Positions 12,413 to 22,041 of a stretch of 64,000 nt of DNA are shown here, one piece after another. This stretch comes from Opitutales bacterium. GTDB taxonomy: Bacteria; Verrucomicrobiota; Verrucomicrobiia; Opitutales; UBA2987. The stretch covers positions 96,001 to 160,000 of the forward strand of contig CBDDEL010000015.1 in NCBI GenBank assembly GCA_965226885.1, in the 5' to 3' direction. Position numbers and translations under genes: made by a program. Every line of letters begins with the position of its first letter. Position 1 is the first letter of the stretch. The notes beneath the pieces are model-generated. The model ran no database searches. It saw nothing but the letters and a program-made list of their open reading frames with translations, and had not been told where the DNA came from.

Positions 12413-13180
12413 ATGAAGGAGAGGCAATTACCCTTGGAGGTGGAAGCATTTTTCCCGGAACTCCTTGCCTTGGCCCGCTCCTCGGGATTTGCCGTGGAAA
12501 CCATTGCCTCTTTGCCACCGGCGCCGGTCATTGCCTTGATTCGCCCGGGTAAAACGGAAAACCTGAAAGTTTACCTCTCAGCCGGAATCCATGGGGATGA
12601 GACCGCCGGGCCTCTGGCCATCCTGAAATTATTGCGGGAAAAGAAGCTCCATCCCGACATCGGGTGGCATATTTGTCCCGTCCTCAACCCCTGGGGCCTG
12701 GCCCGGAATCGACGGGACAATGAGGAAGGGCTCGACCTGAACCGCGATTACAAGTCTATTGTTGCCCGGCAAACCGGCCATCACATCGATTGGCTGAAAA
12801 GACAAAACACCTCCTTCTCCCTCTGCCTGACCTTGCACGAGGATTGCGACACCGAAGGTTTTTACCTCTACGAGCTGAACGAGCTGAACCCAGACAACCT
12901 GCCATCACTGGTCCCCGCCATTATGGAAGCCGGCGGCAAACCGTGCGGGATCGATCAATCTCCGGTCATCGACGGCTGCCCCGCAAAAAACGGCGTTTTA
13001 CACCTACCAACGGATTTGGAGGCCCGGCCCGAATGGACGGAGACCGCCTACCTGGTGGCCAATCACAGCCGCATGGCCTACACCCTGGAAGCCCCGGGAA
13101 AAAAGAAGTTGCATCTGCAAATAGAAACACACACCGCCGGGGTCGAAGCCGCCATCAATCATTTTCGGAACAATTTTTAA
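12413..13180 (+). CDS. M14 metallocarboxypeptidase / succinylglutamate desuccinylase-like protein
   Basis: GIHGDE, NPWG, DLNR, LHED zinc-binding motifs. Confidence 0.8.
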   Translation: MKERQLPLEVEAFFPELLALARSSGFAVETIASLPPAPVIALIRPGKTENLKVYLSAGIHGDETAGPLAILKLLREKKLHPDIGWHICPVLNPWGLARNRRDNEEGLDLNRDYKSIVARQTGHHIDWLKRQNTSFSLCLTLHEDCDTEGFYLYELNELNPDNLPSLVPAIMEAGGKPCGIDQSPVIDGCPAKNGVLHLPTDLEARPEWTETAYLVANHSRMAYTLEAPGKKKLHLQIETHTAGVEAAINHFRNNF

Positions 13181-13210
13181 TCACGGATTACACGGATGAA
13201 CACGGATAAT
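13180..13210 (+). repeat. Left arm of 9-bp periodic inverted repeat (CACGGATNA x3)
   Basis: ATCACGGATTACACGGATGAACACGGATAAT; 28/31 identical to the reverse complement of 15768-15798. Confidence 0.85.
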
Positions 13211-13260
13211 TCCTTAAATAATACTCGAAAATCACTATCTATATAATATCCAAGCTTATC

Positions 13261-13286
13261 TGATGTGTACTGGAAAAAGTGGACAC
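13261..13286 (+). mobile_element. Solo IS3-B-like left end
   Basis: TGATGTGTACTGGAAAAAGTGGACAC, 25/26 identical to the IS3-B left end; no transposase follows. Confidence 0.7.
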
Positions 13287-13732
13287 CAAGTTTTCACCTC
13301 AATAGTACTGAGGATTGATTCCTTTTCAAACCTCTCTCTAAAAAATCGTAGCGCTTAAAATGAAGAAAAAATTTGATCGAAAATTTCGATTCTTAGTGCG
13401 TATTGTTGAGGATGACTTGCTGGAGTTGAGTCAGCGGTTAGAAATTTTTAAAGAATTGTTTTATAAATCCACCGAAGACACGAAAAAACTTTACGAAGTG
13501 GACGGTGTTATTTTTGACACATTTCGGAGAGTTATGGCAGAAAATCTTACGGTATTCATTTCTCGACTTACGGATCCGGCAAAAATGGGAAAAAAGAAAG
13601 ATATCACTTTGGAAACTGTATTAAATTTTTGTGAAGAAAGTGGAGATGAGCAATTTTTCACAATTATTAAACCAGAATACGATAAATTATATGCAAAAGT
13701 TCAGCCAATAAGAAATCGAAGGAACAAAACTC

Positions 13733-14528
13733 GGTAGTGTTAACATTTTGAATGTTTAAGCTGTACTTTTTAGCGTGATTATGTTGTGAACTGGGAATGG
13801 TCCATATCACAGTAAAATGTCCTCAATGCGGAAGCGATCACATCATCAAGCACGGCAAGGATCCGAAAGGGGTTCAGAAGTATCGATGCAAGGGGTGTGG
13901 TTATCAGTTTCGGCTTCACCCCAAAAGTCGTGAGCATCCTCCGGCGCTGGTCAAGCAGGTGCTCCGTGCGCACCAAAACCGGATGAGCCTGCGTGCCATT
14001 TACCGTACCTTCGGGGTAGCCCCAAAGACGGTCATCGAATGGATTAAAAAAAAGTCCTGAGTTTGCCGAAGCTGGAGTCCACTCTGCTTGCCCGCCAGTG
14101 TAGTGATGTGCTGGAACTGGACGAGGTGTGGTCATTCTGGGGCGATAAGCGTTCGGGGCAGGTATGGCTATGGGTAGCCTTGTGTCGACGTACCCGACAG
14201 GTCGTCGGGTTTTCTCTGGGTGATCGTAGCGATCAAACGTGCTGGCAGTTGTATCACAACATCGCCCAGCCCTATCGCGACTGTGCCACCGTAAGCGATT
14301 ACTGGGAAAGCTACGACAAGGTTTTCCCTCACAACAGCGCCAGCGGGAAACAATCCGGCCAAACCGCCCATATCGAACGCTGGAACAATACCTTGCGACA
14401 GTCCCTGTCACGCTATGTGCGTAAAACGCTGTCATTCTCGAAGTCTTTGGTCATGCATTTTCGCGTCCTGTGCTTGTTCATCTGGGAATACAACAGCAAT
14501 ATCAAACATTCGTCATGTTAACACTACC
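13733..14528 (+). mobile_element. IS1-family element A (796 bp)
   Basis: Ends GGTAGTGTTAACA/TGTTAACACTACC; insA 13797-14060, insB to 14521 (ELDEVW, HIERWNNTLR); duplication CAAAACTC. Confidence 0.95.
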
Positions 14529-14780
14529 CAAAACTCTTGCCCATAAGGACCATAAAACCTCAATTCTACCTGATCAACATTATTTAATGAAGGTAAGCCC
14601 AAGCCTATTGGACGAAGTGTTTAAATTAATGAGTGAATTCATGAATAAGATAAATGGTCATTTTTGGAACCGCAGCTTGAGTTATAATAGATGGAGCGAA
14701 CGACATGTAAGGCGGCTTGTTTCTATGATTGGAAGTAGCGATTACAAAAATACTGAGAGAACGAGAAGTATAAATAATTG

Positions 14781-15582
14781 GGTAGTGTATTAAGTAAGAA
14801 TGGTGGCTAATTCTTGATTATATTGATGAATGAAAAGTCTCAGACAGGTTTCATGCATACTCTTAAGCTTGGAAAAGGAGAGGGTTTTGCGTGTGAAACG
14901 ACCCAGTCGTTGGCGCAGGGTATTGTTCCATCGTTCCACATGGGCCGTTTCACCGGTTTCTTTTCCCACGGATCGGTTATGAGGAAAGACTTCATCATAA
15001 GTGCTCCAAAAGTCGCTGTAGGTGGCACATCTTTTGTAGGCCCGTGGCAGACGCTCGTAAAGTTCCCGGCAACGATACCAATCCCGAGGCCCAATGGCAT
15101 AGGAGAGGATTTGACGGGTGCGTCGGCAAAGAGCGATCCAAACCCATTGGGCATCGCTCTTGCGCCCCACAAAAGACCACAGTTCGTCCAGTTCAATGAC
15201 ATCATGGCGGCGGGCCGCAAGAATCGTGCTTTTGAGCGGTCGCAGCGATTGTCGTTTTTTTTAACCAACTCAAAACGGTGTTGGGACTCACCCCGAAGGC
15301 GCGCTGTAAACCGCGTAGACTGCTGCGTTCCTGATAGACTCGAAGGATCATTTCTTTTTGCTCTTCGGTGTATTTCACTGTGGGGTTTTCGCGGCTTTGT
15401 TTACCACAATCATGGCAGCGGTAGCGCTGTTTATGGTTGGGCGTCTTGCCAAATTTAATGATATTTTCACTTCCACAGTGCCGACAATTAATAATTTTAG
15501 TAACCATGCACTAAGAATAAACTGCCTAACGCTATTTGTACAGCTAAAAATACAAAATAACATTCTTTTTTTATACACTACC
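14781..15582 (-). mobile_element. IS1-family element B, copy 2
   Basis: Near-identical to 7656-8457; duplication AATAATTG. Confidence 0.96.
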
Positions 15583-15767
15583 AATAATTGATTCTTAGTT
15601 AATGTGTAATAGACCCTTGGATATGTTTGTTTTTAACTGGTTGGGTGTGTAATGTGCTCACGTTTTTACTTTCGGCAGAAGAATCGTATTTCTTTCTCTT
15701 AATCCAAATGTTTCATAGAACCGCAACCACGGATAACTTTAAAAATAGCTCTTGAAAGGTACTTTCT

Positions 15768-15798
15768 ATTATCTGTGTTCATCCGTGTAATCTGTGGT
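15768..15798 (-). repeat. Right arm of 9-bp periodic inverted repeat
   Basis: ATTATCTGTGTTCATCCGTGTAATCTGTGGT. Confidence 0.85.
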
Positions 15799-15851
15799 TG
15801 AAAAATTAACGAATCGATCAGCCTCATTTACTGTGGTTGGCTTTTTTGAAA

Positions 15852-16664
15852 TTATGGGGTTAATTTGGTCAGAGTTTGGGTGTCGAGGCCCATACGCTCG
15901 TGGCAAAAGTTGATCCAGTCCTGGGGGAAGGGGGCTGAGAATTTCTGTTCGTTATGGCCGTTGGGTTCGGGTAGTTGAAAAATGATTTGCGATGCGTGGA
16001 GGGCTTGCCGGGGCAGGCGGAGACTTTCTTTCATGTCCGGCGTCCATCCGTTTTCGATGAATTGGAGGTAGTAATTCTCGTCGGGGCCGTAGATTTTGTC
16101 TCCTACGATGGAGTGGCCCAGCCATTGGGCGTGCACCCTTATCTGGTGCTTGCGGCCCGTTTCGGGTTTTACCCTGGCTAAAGTGAAACCATTGGAGGCG
16201 GCCAGGGGTTCGAAATGCGTGACCGCCCTTTGCGATGTGCGGGATTTCCTGATCGCTTGTTTGACGTAAACGGGGCTGGCTCCGTCCCGTGCGATGCGCC
16301 GGTTGACCGTAACGGGTTCGGCCAATTCGCCCTCCAGAAGCGCCAGGTAGCTTTTTTCCACTTTTCGCTCCTGCAATGCCATCTGGTAGGTGCGGGCGGC
16401 CGCTTTGTGTTTGGCCAGTAAAACGAGGCCGCTGGTTTCGCGGTCCAGCCTGCTGATGAGGTGCAGGGTTTCCAGGCCGGTATGGAGGCGGGCGGCCCCC
16501 ACCAGGCTGGAACGGGGGCCGTTTTTTGAGGGATGGCAAACCACCCAGCCCGGTTTGTCCATGACCAGCAGGTCGTCGTCCTCCCGCAAAATCCACTTCT
16601 CGAAATCCGCCCCATCGATAAGAGGGGCCGAAGTGCCTTCCATTTTTTTAACGGTATCCACCAA
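15852..16664 (-). CDS. RluA-family pseudouridine synthase
   Basis: DKPGW, SRLDRETSG, TGRKHQIRVH, IVGDKIYG, QALHA. Confidence 0.93.
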   Translation of the reverse strand: MVDTVKKMEGTSAPLIDGADFEKWILREDDDLLVMDKPGWVVCHPSKNGPRSSLVGAARLHTGLETLHLISRLDRETSGLVLLAKHKAAARTYQMALQERKVEKSYLALLEGELAEPVTVNRRIARDGASPVYVKQAIRKSRTSQRAVTHFEPLAASNGFTLARVKPETGRKHQIRVHAQWLGHSIVGDKIYGPDENYYLQFIENGWTPDMKESLRLPRQALHASQIIFQLPEPNGHNEQKFSAPFPQDWINFCHERMGLDTQTLTKLTP

Positions 16665-16667
16665 AGA

Positions 16668-17492
16668 TTATTTCGCTTTGAATTGTTCCAGGCGCGCCTT
16701 TCGCAAAAAATAGGCCGCTACCGGGGCGGCTATTTTAATGGGCAGCAGGGAACCCAGGGTGGCCATAAGGCGGTTTTTCCAGCCGCAGACAACCAGCGTT
16801 TTCCCCTGCTGCAATGCCTTGATGGCGATATCCGCCACTTCTTCCGAGGTTTGCTTCAAATGAGCGTCCGCGGGCGGTGTGGCGAATCCCGCTCTTTTGA
16901 AAAAATTCGTCGCCGTCGGTCCGGGGCAAACGACCAGCGTGCGCACCCCGGTTCCCTTGAGGTCCTCGTGCAAAGCCAGGCTCCAGTTGAGCAAAAACGC
17001 CTTGGTCGCCCCGTAGGTGGTCAAATAGGGGGTTGGCTGAAAAGCGGCCGTCGAGGCGATATTCATGACGACTCCACCGCGTTCTTTTAAAAGAGGCAGC
17101 AGCAGCCCGGTGAGGTGGACAACCGCCTTCATGTTGACCTCGACAATCCCCAACTGGTGTTCCAGGCCCGGTTCTGGGAAAGGGCCGTAGGAACCGAAAC
17201 CGCTGTTGTTGATCAATAAAACCTCGCCCTGGCCGCCGCTTTCATCGATTGCGGCCCGGACCGAGCGGGCGGTTGCGCTTAACTGTTTCGGCACTGCCAG
17301 GTCGCATGGAAAATGCTTCCAGCGTAGGTCGGGCGGCAAATCTTCGGGTTTTGTTCGAGAAAGGTTGCAATAATAAAGATTACCGTCTATCTTATGGATA
17401 GCTTTGATTAAGCTATTGCCAATTCCAGAGGAACCTCCGGTGACGACTACATCGGAGATGCGGCTGAGGGTAGATGTTGAGACTTTGGTCAT
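16668..17492 (-). CDS. Short-chain dehydrogenase/reductase
   Basis: TGGSSGIG, NNSG, YGATK. Confidence 0.92.
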   Translation of the reverse strand: MTKVSTSTLSRISDVVVTGGSSGIGNSLIKAIHKIDGNLYYCNLSRTKPEDLPPDLRWKHFPCDLAVPKQLSATARSVRAAIDESGGQGEVLLINNSGFGSYGPFPEPGLEHQLGIVEVNMKAVVHLTGLLLPLLKERGGVVMNIASTAAFQPTPYLTTYGATKAFLLNWSLALHEDLKGTGVRTLVVCPGPTATNFFKRAGFATPPADAHLKQTSEEVADIAIKALQQGKTLVVCGWKNRLMATLGSLLPIKIAAPVAAYFLRKARLEQFKAK

Positions 17493-17510
17493 TTATCCAT
17501 TTCCCGGTCG

Positions 17511-18312
17511 GGTAGTGTATTAAGTAGGAATGGTGGCTAATTCTTGATTATATTGATGAATGAAAAGTCTCAGACAGGTTTCATGCATACTCTTAAGCTT
17601 GGAAAAGGAGAGGGTTTTGCGTGTGAAACGACCCAGTCGTTGGCGCAGGGTATTGTTCCATCGTTCCACATGGGCCGTTTCACCGGTTTCTTTTCCCACG
17701 GATCGGTTATGAGGAAAGACTTCATCATAAGTGCTCCAAAAGTCGCTGTAGGTGGCACATCTTTTGTAGGCCCGTGGCAGACGCTCGTAAAGTTCCCGGC
17801 AACGATACCAATCCCGAGGCCCAATGGCATAGGAGAGGATTTGACGGGTGCGTCGGCAAAGAGCGATCCAAACCCATTGGGCATCGCTCTTGCGCCCCAC
17901 AAAAGACCACAGTTCGTCCAGTTCAATGACATCATGGCGGCGGGCCGCAAGAATCGTGCTTTTGAGCGGTCGCAGCGATTGTCGTTTTTTTTAACCAACT
18001 CAAAACGGTGTTGGGACTCACCCCGAAGGCGCGCTGTAAACCGCGTAGACTGCTGCGTTCCTGATAGACTCGAAGGATCATTTCTTTTTGCTCTTCGGTG
18101 TATTTCACTGTGGGGTTTTCGCGGCTTTGTTTACCACAATCATGGCAGCGGTAGCGCTGTTTATGGTTGGGCGTCTTGCCAAATTTAATGATATTTTCAC
18201 TTCCACAGTGCCGACAATTAATAATTTTAGTAACCATGCACTAAGAATAAACTGCCTAACGCTATTTGTACAGCTAAAAATACAAAATAACATTCTTTTT
18301 TTATACACTACT
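17511..18312 (-). mobile_element. IS1-family element B, copy 3
   Basis: Near-identical to copies 1-2; duplication CCCGGTCG; terminal base at 18312 altered. Confidence 0.95.
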
Positions 18313-18386
18313 CCCGGTCGCATGGGCCATTTTGTACCGTACCGCTGTCAATTTCCCCTGAAAAAATCAACTGAAAGGAAATACCT

Positions 18387-18758
18387 ATGAGCATGAGTGA
18401 CGCCTTGATAATATCCGGAGTTCACCTCGACCTGACCGACGCCCTGAAAACCGCGTTGCAAGAAAAAGTCGAAAAATTATTCAAACATGAAAGCCACATA
18501 ATACGATTAAGAGTAGAACTCGAATACAATGCGAACAACTCAAAACGAAATGAATTCACGGCCAAAGGGCACATCGAGATCAAGGGGCCGCCCTTGATCC
18601 TATCGGCCTCCACCGAGGATCTTTACAAATCCATCGACCTGATGGTCCAGGGCCTGGACCGGTTGCTCCGGCGCCGTTCGCGACTGCGGACCGTCAAGCG
18701 GAAGAACATACACGAAATCGACCTCGTTACGGATATACCCAAAGCCACTTCGGCCTGA
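18387..18758 (+). CDS. hpf: Ribosome hibernation factor (RaiA/HPF family)
   Basis: ISGVHLDLTDALK, DLYKSID pattern of the S30AE family. Confidence 0.85.
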   Translation: MSMSDALIISGVHLDLTDALKTALQEKVEKLFKHESHIIRLRVELEYNANNSKRNEFTAKGHIEIKGPPLILSASTEDLYKSIDLMVQGLDRLLRRRSRLRTVKRKNIHEIDLVTDIPKATSA

Positions 18759-18775
18759 AGCCAAAGACTTACGGC

Positions 18776-19309
18776 CTACGGCAGTCTCGATACCAGTCCG
18801 GAAAGGTCTTTCTGGACGGCGATTTTATGTTGATCGACCAGTTCCTTCTCTTCGGAGGTTAGATCCGAAGCGGAATTCACCAAAATCGGGGTGATGCTGG
18901 CGTTAAGGGCTGTTTGCAGGTCCCCTATACGGTCACCGGCCATGAAGCAATTCTCTGCTTTTAAATCATGCTGGCCGATCATTTCATTGATGAATCGGGG
19001 AGAAGGTTTTCGATAAACGACCGGTTCATCCGGGCTCTCGGGAGCGATGCAGATGGCCGTGAATCCCGGTTCGGGAAGATTTAAAAGCTCCAGCATCCGG
19101 TGGTTGCAGGCGTGGACTGCCTCCATGTCGAACCACCCCCGCCCCACCCCGCTTTGGTTGGTCAGCAAAAATAACAAATAGCCACGTTCGAGGGCTTCCT
19201 TGAGCCCTTCCGCCGCCCCCGGCAACAATTCCACTCCATCGGGGTCGGAAAGATAATTTTTCTCGCGGATGATGGTTCCGTCGCGGTCCAGGAAGAGAGC
19301 TTTACTCAT
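18776..19309 (-). CDS. gmhB: D-glycero-manno-heptose 1,7-bisphosphate phosphatase (HAD-IIIA)
   Basis: FLDRDGT, TNQSG, RKP, GDR; next to heptose kinase. Confidence 0.85.
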   Translation of the reverse strand: MSKALFLDRDGTIIREKNYLSDPDGVELLPGAAEGLKEALERGYLLFLLTNQSGVGRGWFDMEAVHACNHRMLELLNLPEPGFTAICIAPESPDEPVVYRKPSPRFINEMIGQHDLKAENCFMAGDRIGDLQTALNASITPILVNSASDLTSEEKELVDQHKIAVQKDLSGLVSRLP

Positions 19310-20276
19310 TTGCCGCCTCGTAATGGAGAATCTCCACTGGAGATGCGGTGGCTGTGCCCAGCTTGGCCACGACAACGCCAGCCGCTGTGTTGGCAAAGTG
19401 GGCTGCCTCCTCCAGCTTCGCTCCCGCCGCCAAAGAGGCCGTCAGGGCGGCGATGACGGTGTCTCCGGCTCCCGACACGTCGAATACCTCGCGGGCATAG
19501 GTAGGAATGATCTCTAACACTCTGCCTTCCTCGCTCAGAAGCATTCCCTCCGCCCCCAATGTGATGATCAGGTGGCGCGGCTCATGGAGTTCCCAGATGA
19601 GCCGGCAAACCTCTTCCGCCGGGTAGGGCTGGTGCGGTTCCAGTTCCAGACCGGCCAATTTCAGGGATTCGCTCCGGTTGGGGGTTAAAAGGCCCAAACC
19701 CTGATGGGCCAAGCGGCGTTTGGGCTTGGGGTCGTAAGCGACCAAAGCTCCCTGGGATGCGGCCCGCTTCTTTATCTCTTCAATCAAGTCGCTGGTCAGC
19801 GCGCCTTTCGCGTAATCGGATAAAATGACCGCATCTTGGTTTTCAATTTTCGCTAAAATTTCTGGCGAATGCTCATTTAATATCGAAGCATAGGCGTCCG
19901 GCTCCCGCTCCCGGTCCAGCCGGCAGAGCTGCTGCTGCCGCACAATAACACGGGTTTTCAGAATGGTGGGAATTTCGTAATCGCCAAAGGCATCGTCATA
20001 GGCGACGGAATGTTCCAGCAGCAGCCCGCGCAGCATGATGCCGGCGTCGTCCTTGCCGGTCACGCCGCAAAGCTCGGCCTTGGCGCCCAGCGCCACCAGG
20101 TTCAACGCCACATTGGCCGCCCCTCCGGCCACATAGCTGTCGCGCTCCACCTCGACCACTGGCACGGGAGCCTCGGGCGAGATGCGGGAGGCGTCACCCC
20201 AAATATAGTGGTCCAGGATGATATCGCCGACGACCAGGATTTTTAAACCGGCAATTTTATCGAGAAGAGCTTTCAT
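19302..20276 (-). CDS. rfaE1: Heptose 7-phosphate kinase (HldE kinase domain)
   Basis: RISPEAPVPV, SDYAKG, DVSGAGDT. Confidence 0.92.
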   Translation of the reverse strand: MKALLDKIAGLKILVVGDIILDHYIWGDASRISPEAPVPVVEVERDSYVAGGAANVALNLVALGAKAELCGVTGKDDAGIMLRGLLLEHSVAYDDAFGDYEIPTILKTRVIVRQQQLCRLDREREPDAYASILNEHSPEILAKIENQDAVILSDYAKGALTSDLIEEIKKRAASQGALVAYDPKPKRRLAHQGLGLLTPNRSESLKLAGLELEPHQPYPAEEVCRLIWELHEPRHLIITLGAEGMLLSEEGRVLEIIPTYAREVFDVSGAGDTVIAALTASLAAGAKLEEAAHFANTAAGVVVAKLGTATASPVEILHYEAANE

Positions 20277-20303
20277 GATGCAGGAAAATAGATGCTGGAT
20301 GAA

Positions 20304-21452
20304 TTAAGGGATTTCCCAGCGGTAGTGACACCTGGAAAGCATTTCGGAACCTGTTTTAGTGACCCTGACTACGTCTTCAATGCGGCAGGCGCCCAACCCC
20401 CGGTAGTAAAGGCCCGGTTCGACGGTGACCACATTTCCCGCCTTCAAGCGAGGTCCGTTTCTGCTCAAGCGTGGTGGTTCGTGGATTTCCAGTCCCAATC
20501 CGTGTCCCGTGCCGTGAAAAAACCCTTCCGGCCTTCTATTCGACATATTCGTTTTATAACCCTCCGCCTTGAAATGGTTTTCCACTATTGAATGAACCCT
20601 CGCTCCGGAAACGCCTGCCTTAATGGTTTCGAGCGCCTTTTGCTGGGCTTTGCGCACCGTGTTGACCAAGCGGCGCTGCTCCGGTTTGGCGCGGCCTTTT
20701 AAAAACGTGCGCGTCATGTCGCCGAAATAGCCTGTGCGGGCCACCCGTGGGAAAACATCGATAATGATCAACTCGTTGGCGCGTAGCGGGCCCGTTCCCT
20801 GGCAATGGGGATCGCAGGCCTGGTCTCCGCCTGCCACGATTGTCTGATTGGCCTGAGCCCCTTTTTCCAAACAGGCGATCTCAATCACCCGGCGGACCCT
20901 TTCGCTCGTTAAGGGGCGGCCATCGAGCATCAAATTGCCGCTTTTAATTTTTGCTTTCCGCAGCATCTTTTCGGCGGCCCGAATGCCCGACGCGCTGGCC
21001 GCGTTACCCTCCCGGATGGCCTTGGCCTCGTCCTCATCTTTGATCATGCGATCCGCAAAGAGCGGCCCTTCGGCAATTTGCAGGGGCACACGGGCGGCCC
21101 GCAGTTTAAAGGCCAGACCTGCTGGAAAATCGGGCGCCACCAAAAATTCGGAAATATCGTATTCACGCGCCACGAGACGCACGATATCGGCCACGTCGGC
21201 CGTTTTTTTGCGATAGCGACGAGCCGCTTTTTTGTGCCATTCTCCCAGTGAAAGGACGACATCGAACGAAGATTCGGTTTTTAAACGAGAAATTTCCAGG
21301 GGGCTGACCAAGGCGTACTTTTTGCCGTTGACGGCAAACGAGAGAAATGGATCGGGCACGAAAACACCTCCGAAGTAAAGCTGATCGGCATTGACATCGG
21401 AATCCGCATAAAGAAGGGGGGACGGGGTTTTAGTCTTTTTTCTAGGACTCAT
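20304..21452 (-). CDS. Xaa-Pro aminopeptidase (M24)
   Basis: DMTRT, HGTGHGLGLEIHE, TVEPGLY, RIED. Confidence 0.92.
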   Translation of the reverse strand: MSPRKKTKTPSPLLYADSDVNADQLYFGGVFVPDPFLSFAVNGKKYALVSPLEISRLKTESSFDVVLSLGEWHKKAARRYRKKTADVADIVRLVAREYDISEFLVAPDFPAGLAFKLRAARVPLQIAEGPLFADRMIKDEDEAKAIREGNAASASGIRAAEKMLRKAKIKSGNLMLDGRPLTSERVRRVIEIACLEKGAQANQTIVAGGDQACDPHCQGTGPLRANELIIIDVFPRVARTGYFGDMTRTFLKGRAKPEQRRLVNTVRKAQQKALETIKAGVSGARVHSIVENHFKAEGYKTNMSNRRPEGFFHGTGHGLGLEIHEPPRLSRNGPRLKAGNVVTVEPGLYYRGLGACRIEDVVRVTKTGSEMLSRCHYRWEIP

Positions 21453-21502
21453 GCCGCCTTAAACATTGTGAATCCCATAAATTTGTCTAGAAAATTCCCG
21501 GT

Positions 21503-22039
21503 ATGATCAAAGCTCACTCTAAGGGCTGGGCAGCGATGACGGCCGCATTTATCTTTCTGGCCGCCTGTGTGGCTGAGGAAACGGCGATGGTGGAACCCGC
21601 CCAGCCGAGGGACAAAGATGCCTATTTTCCGATCGCCATCGGCGACGCCCGCATTGAGACCCGATTGGCCGTCAAAGAGTCCGAGATGAAACGCGGTCTG
21701 ATGTATCGAAAATCGATGGGCTCCAACCGCGGGATGCTTTTTGTTTATGAACAGGCGGGACAACTCAGTTTCTGGATGCGTAATACCTTTATCCCCCTCG
21801 ATATCGGATTTTTCGATGCCAATGGGGTTTTGAAAGAAATCCGCCGCATGTATCCGCACGACGAAACTTCGATTCGGTCCAAAGATGAAACCATCCAGTT
21901 CGCTTTGGAAGCGAACGCCGGGTGGTTCCGTGAAAACGGCGTCAAGCCGGGGGCGAAAATGGATTTGCAGGCGGTGTCCAATGCCCTTCGGGCGAGAGGC
22001 TTTGATCCAGCCCGCTATGGGCTGCCGGAATTACCCTAA
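21503..22039 (+). CDS. DUF192 family lipoprotein
   Basis: GLMYR, GMLFVY, FWMRNTFIPLDIGF; lipobox LAAC. Confidence 0.88.
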   Translation: MIKAHSKGWAAMTAAFIFLAACVAEETAMVEPAQPRDKDAYFPIAIGDARIETRLAVKESEMKRGLMYRKSMGSNRGMLFVYEQAGQLSFWMRNTFIPLDIGFFDANGVLKEIRRMYPHDETSIRSKDETIQFALEANAGWFRENGVKPGAKMDLQAVSNALRARGFDPARYGLPELP

Positions 22040-22041
22040 AG

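Larger units (their letters stand above)
13360..15591 (+). pseudogene. HEPN (AbiU2-like) nuclease gene interrupted by two IS1 elements
   Basis: Removing both ISs and one copy of each duplication gives 205 aa with ISRLTD and RNKTLAH (RxxxxxH), ending RSINN*. Confidence 0.75.

Noticed and set aside
14470..14793. Independent 107 aa ORF
   Set aside because: It is the C-terminal half of the HEPN gene read out of IS1-A.
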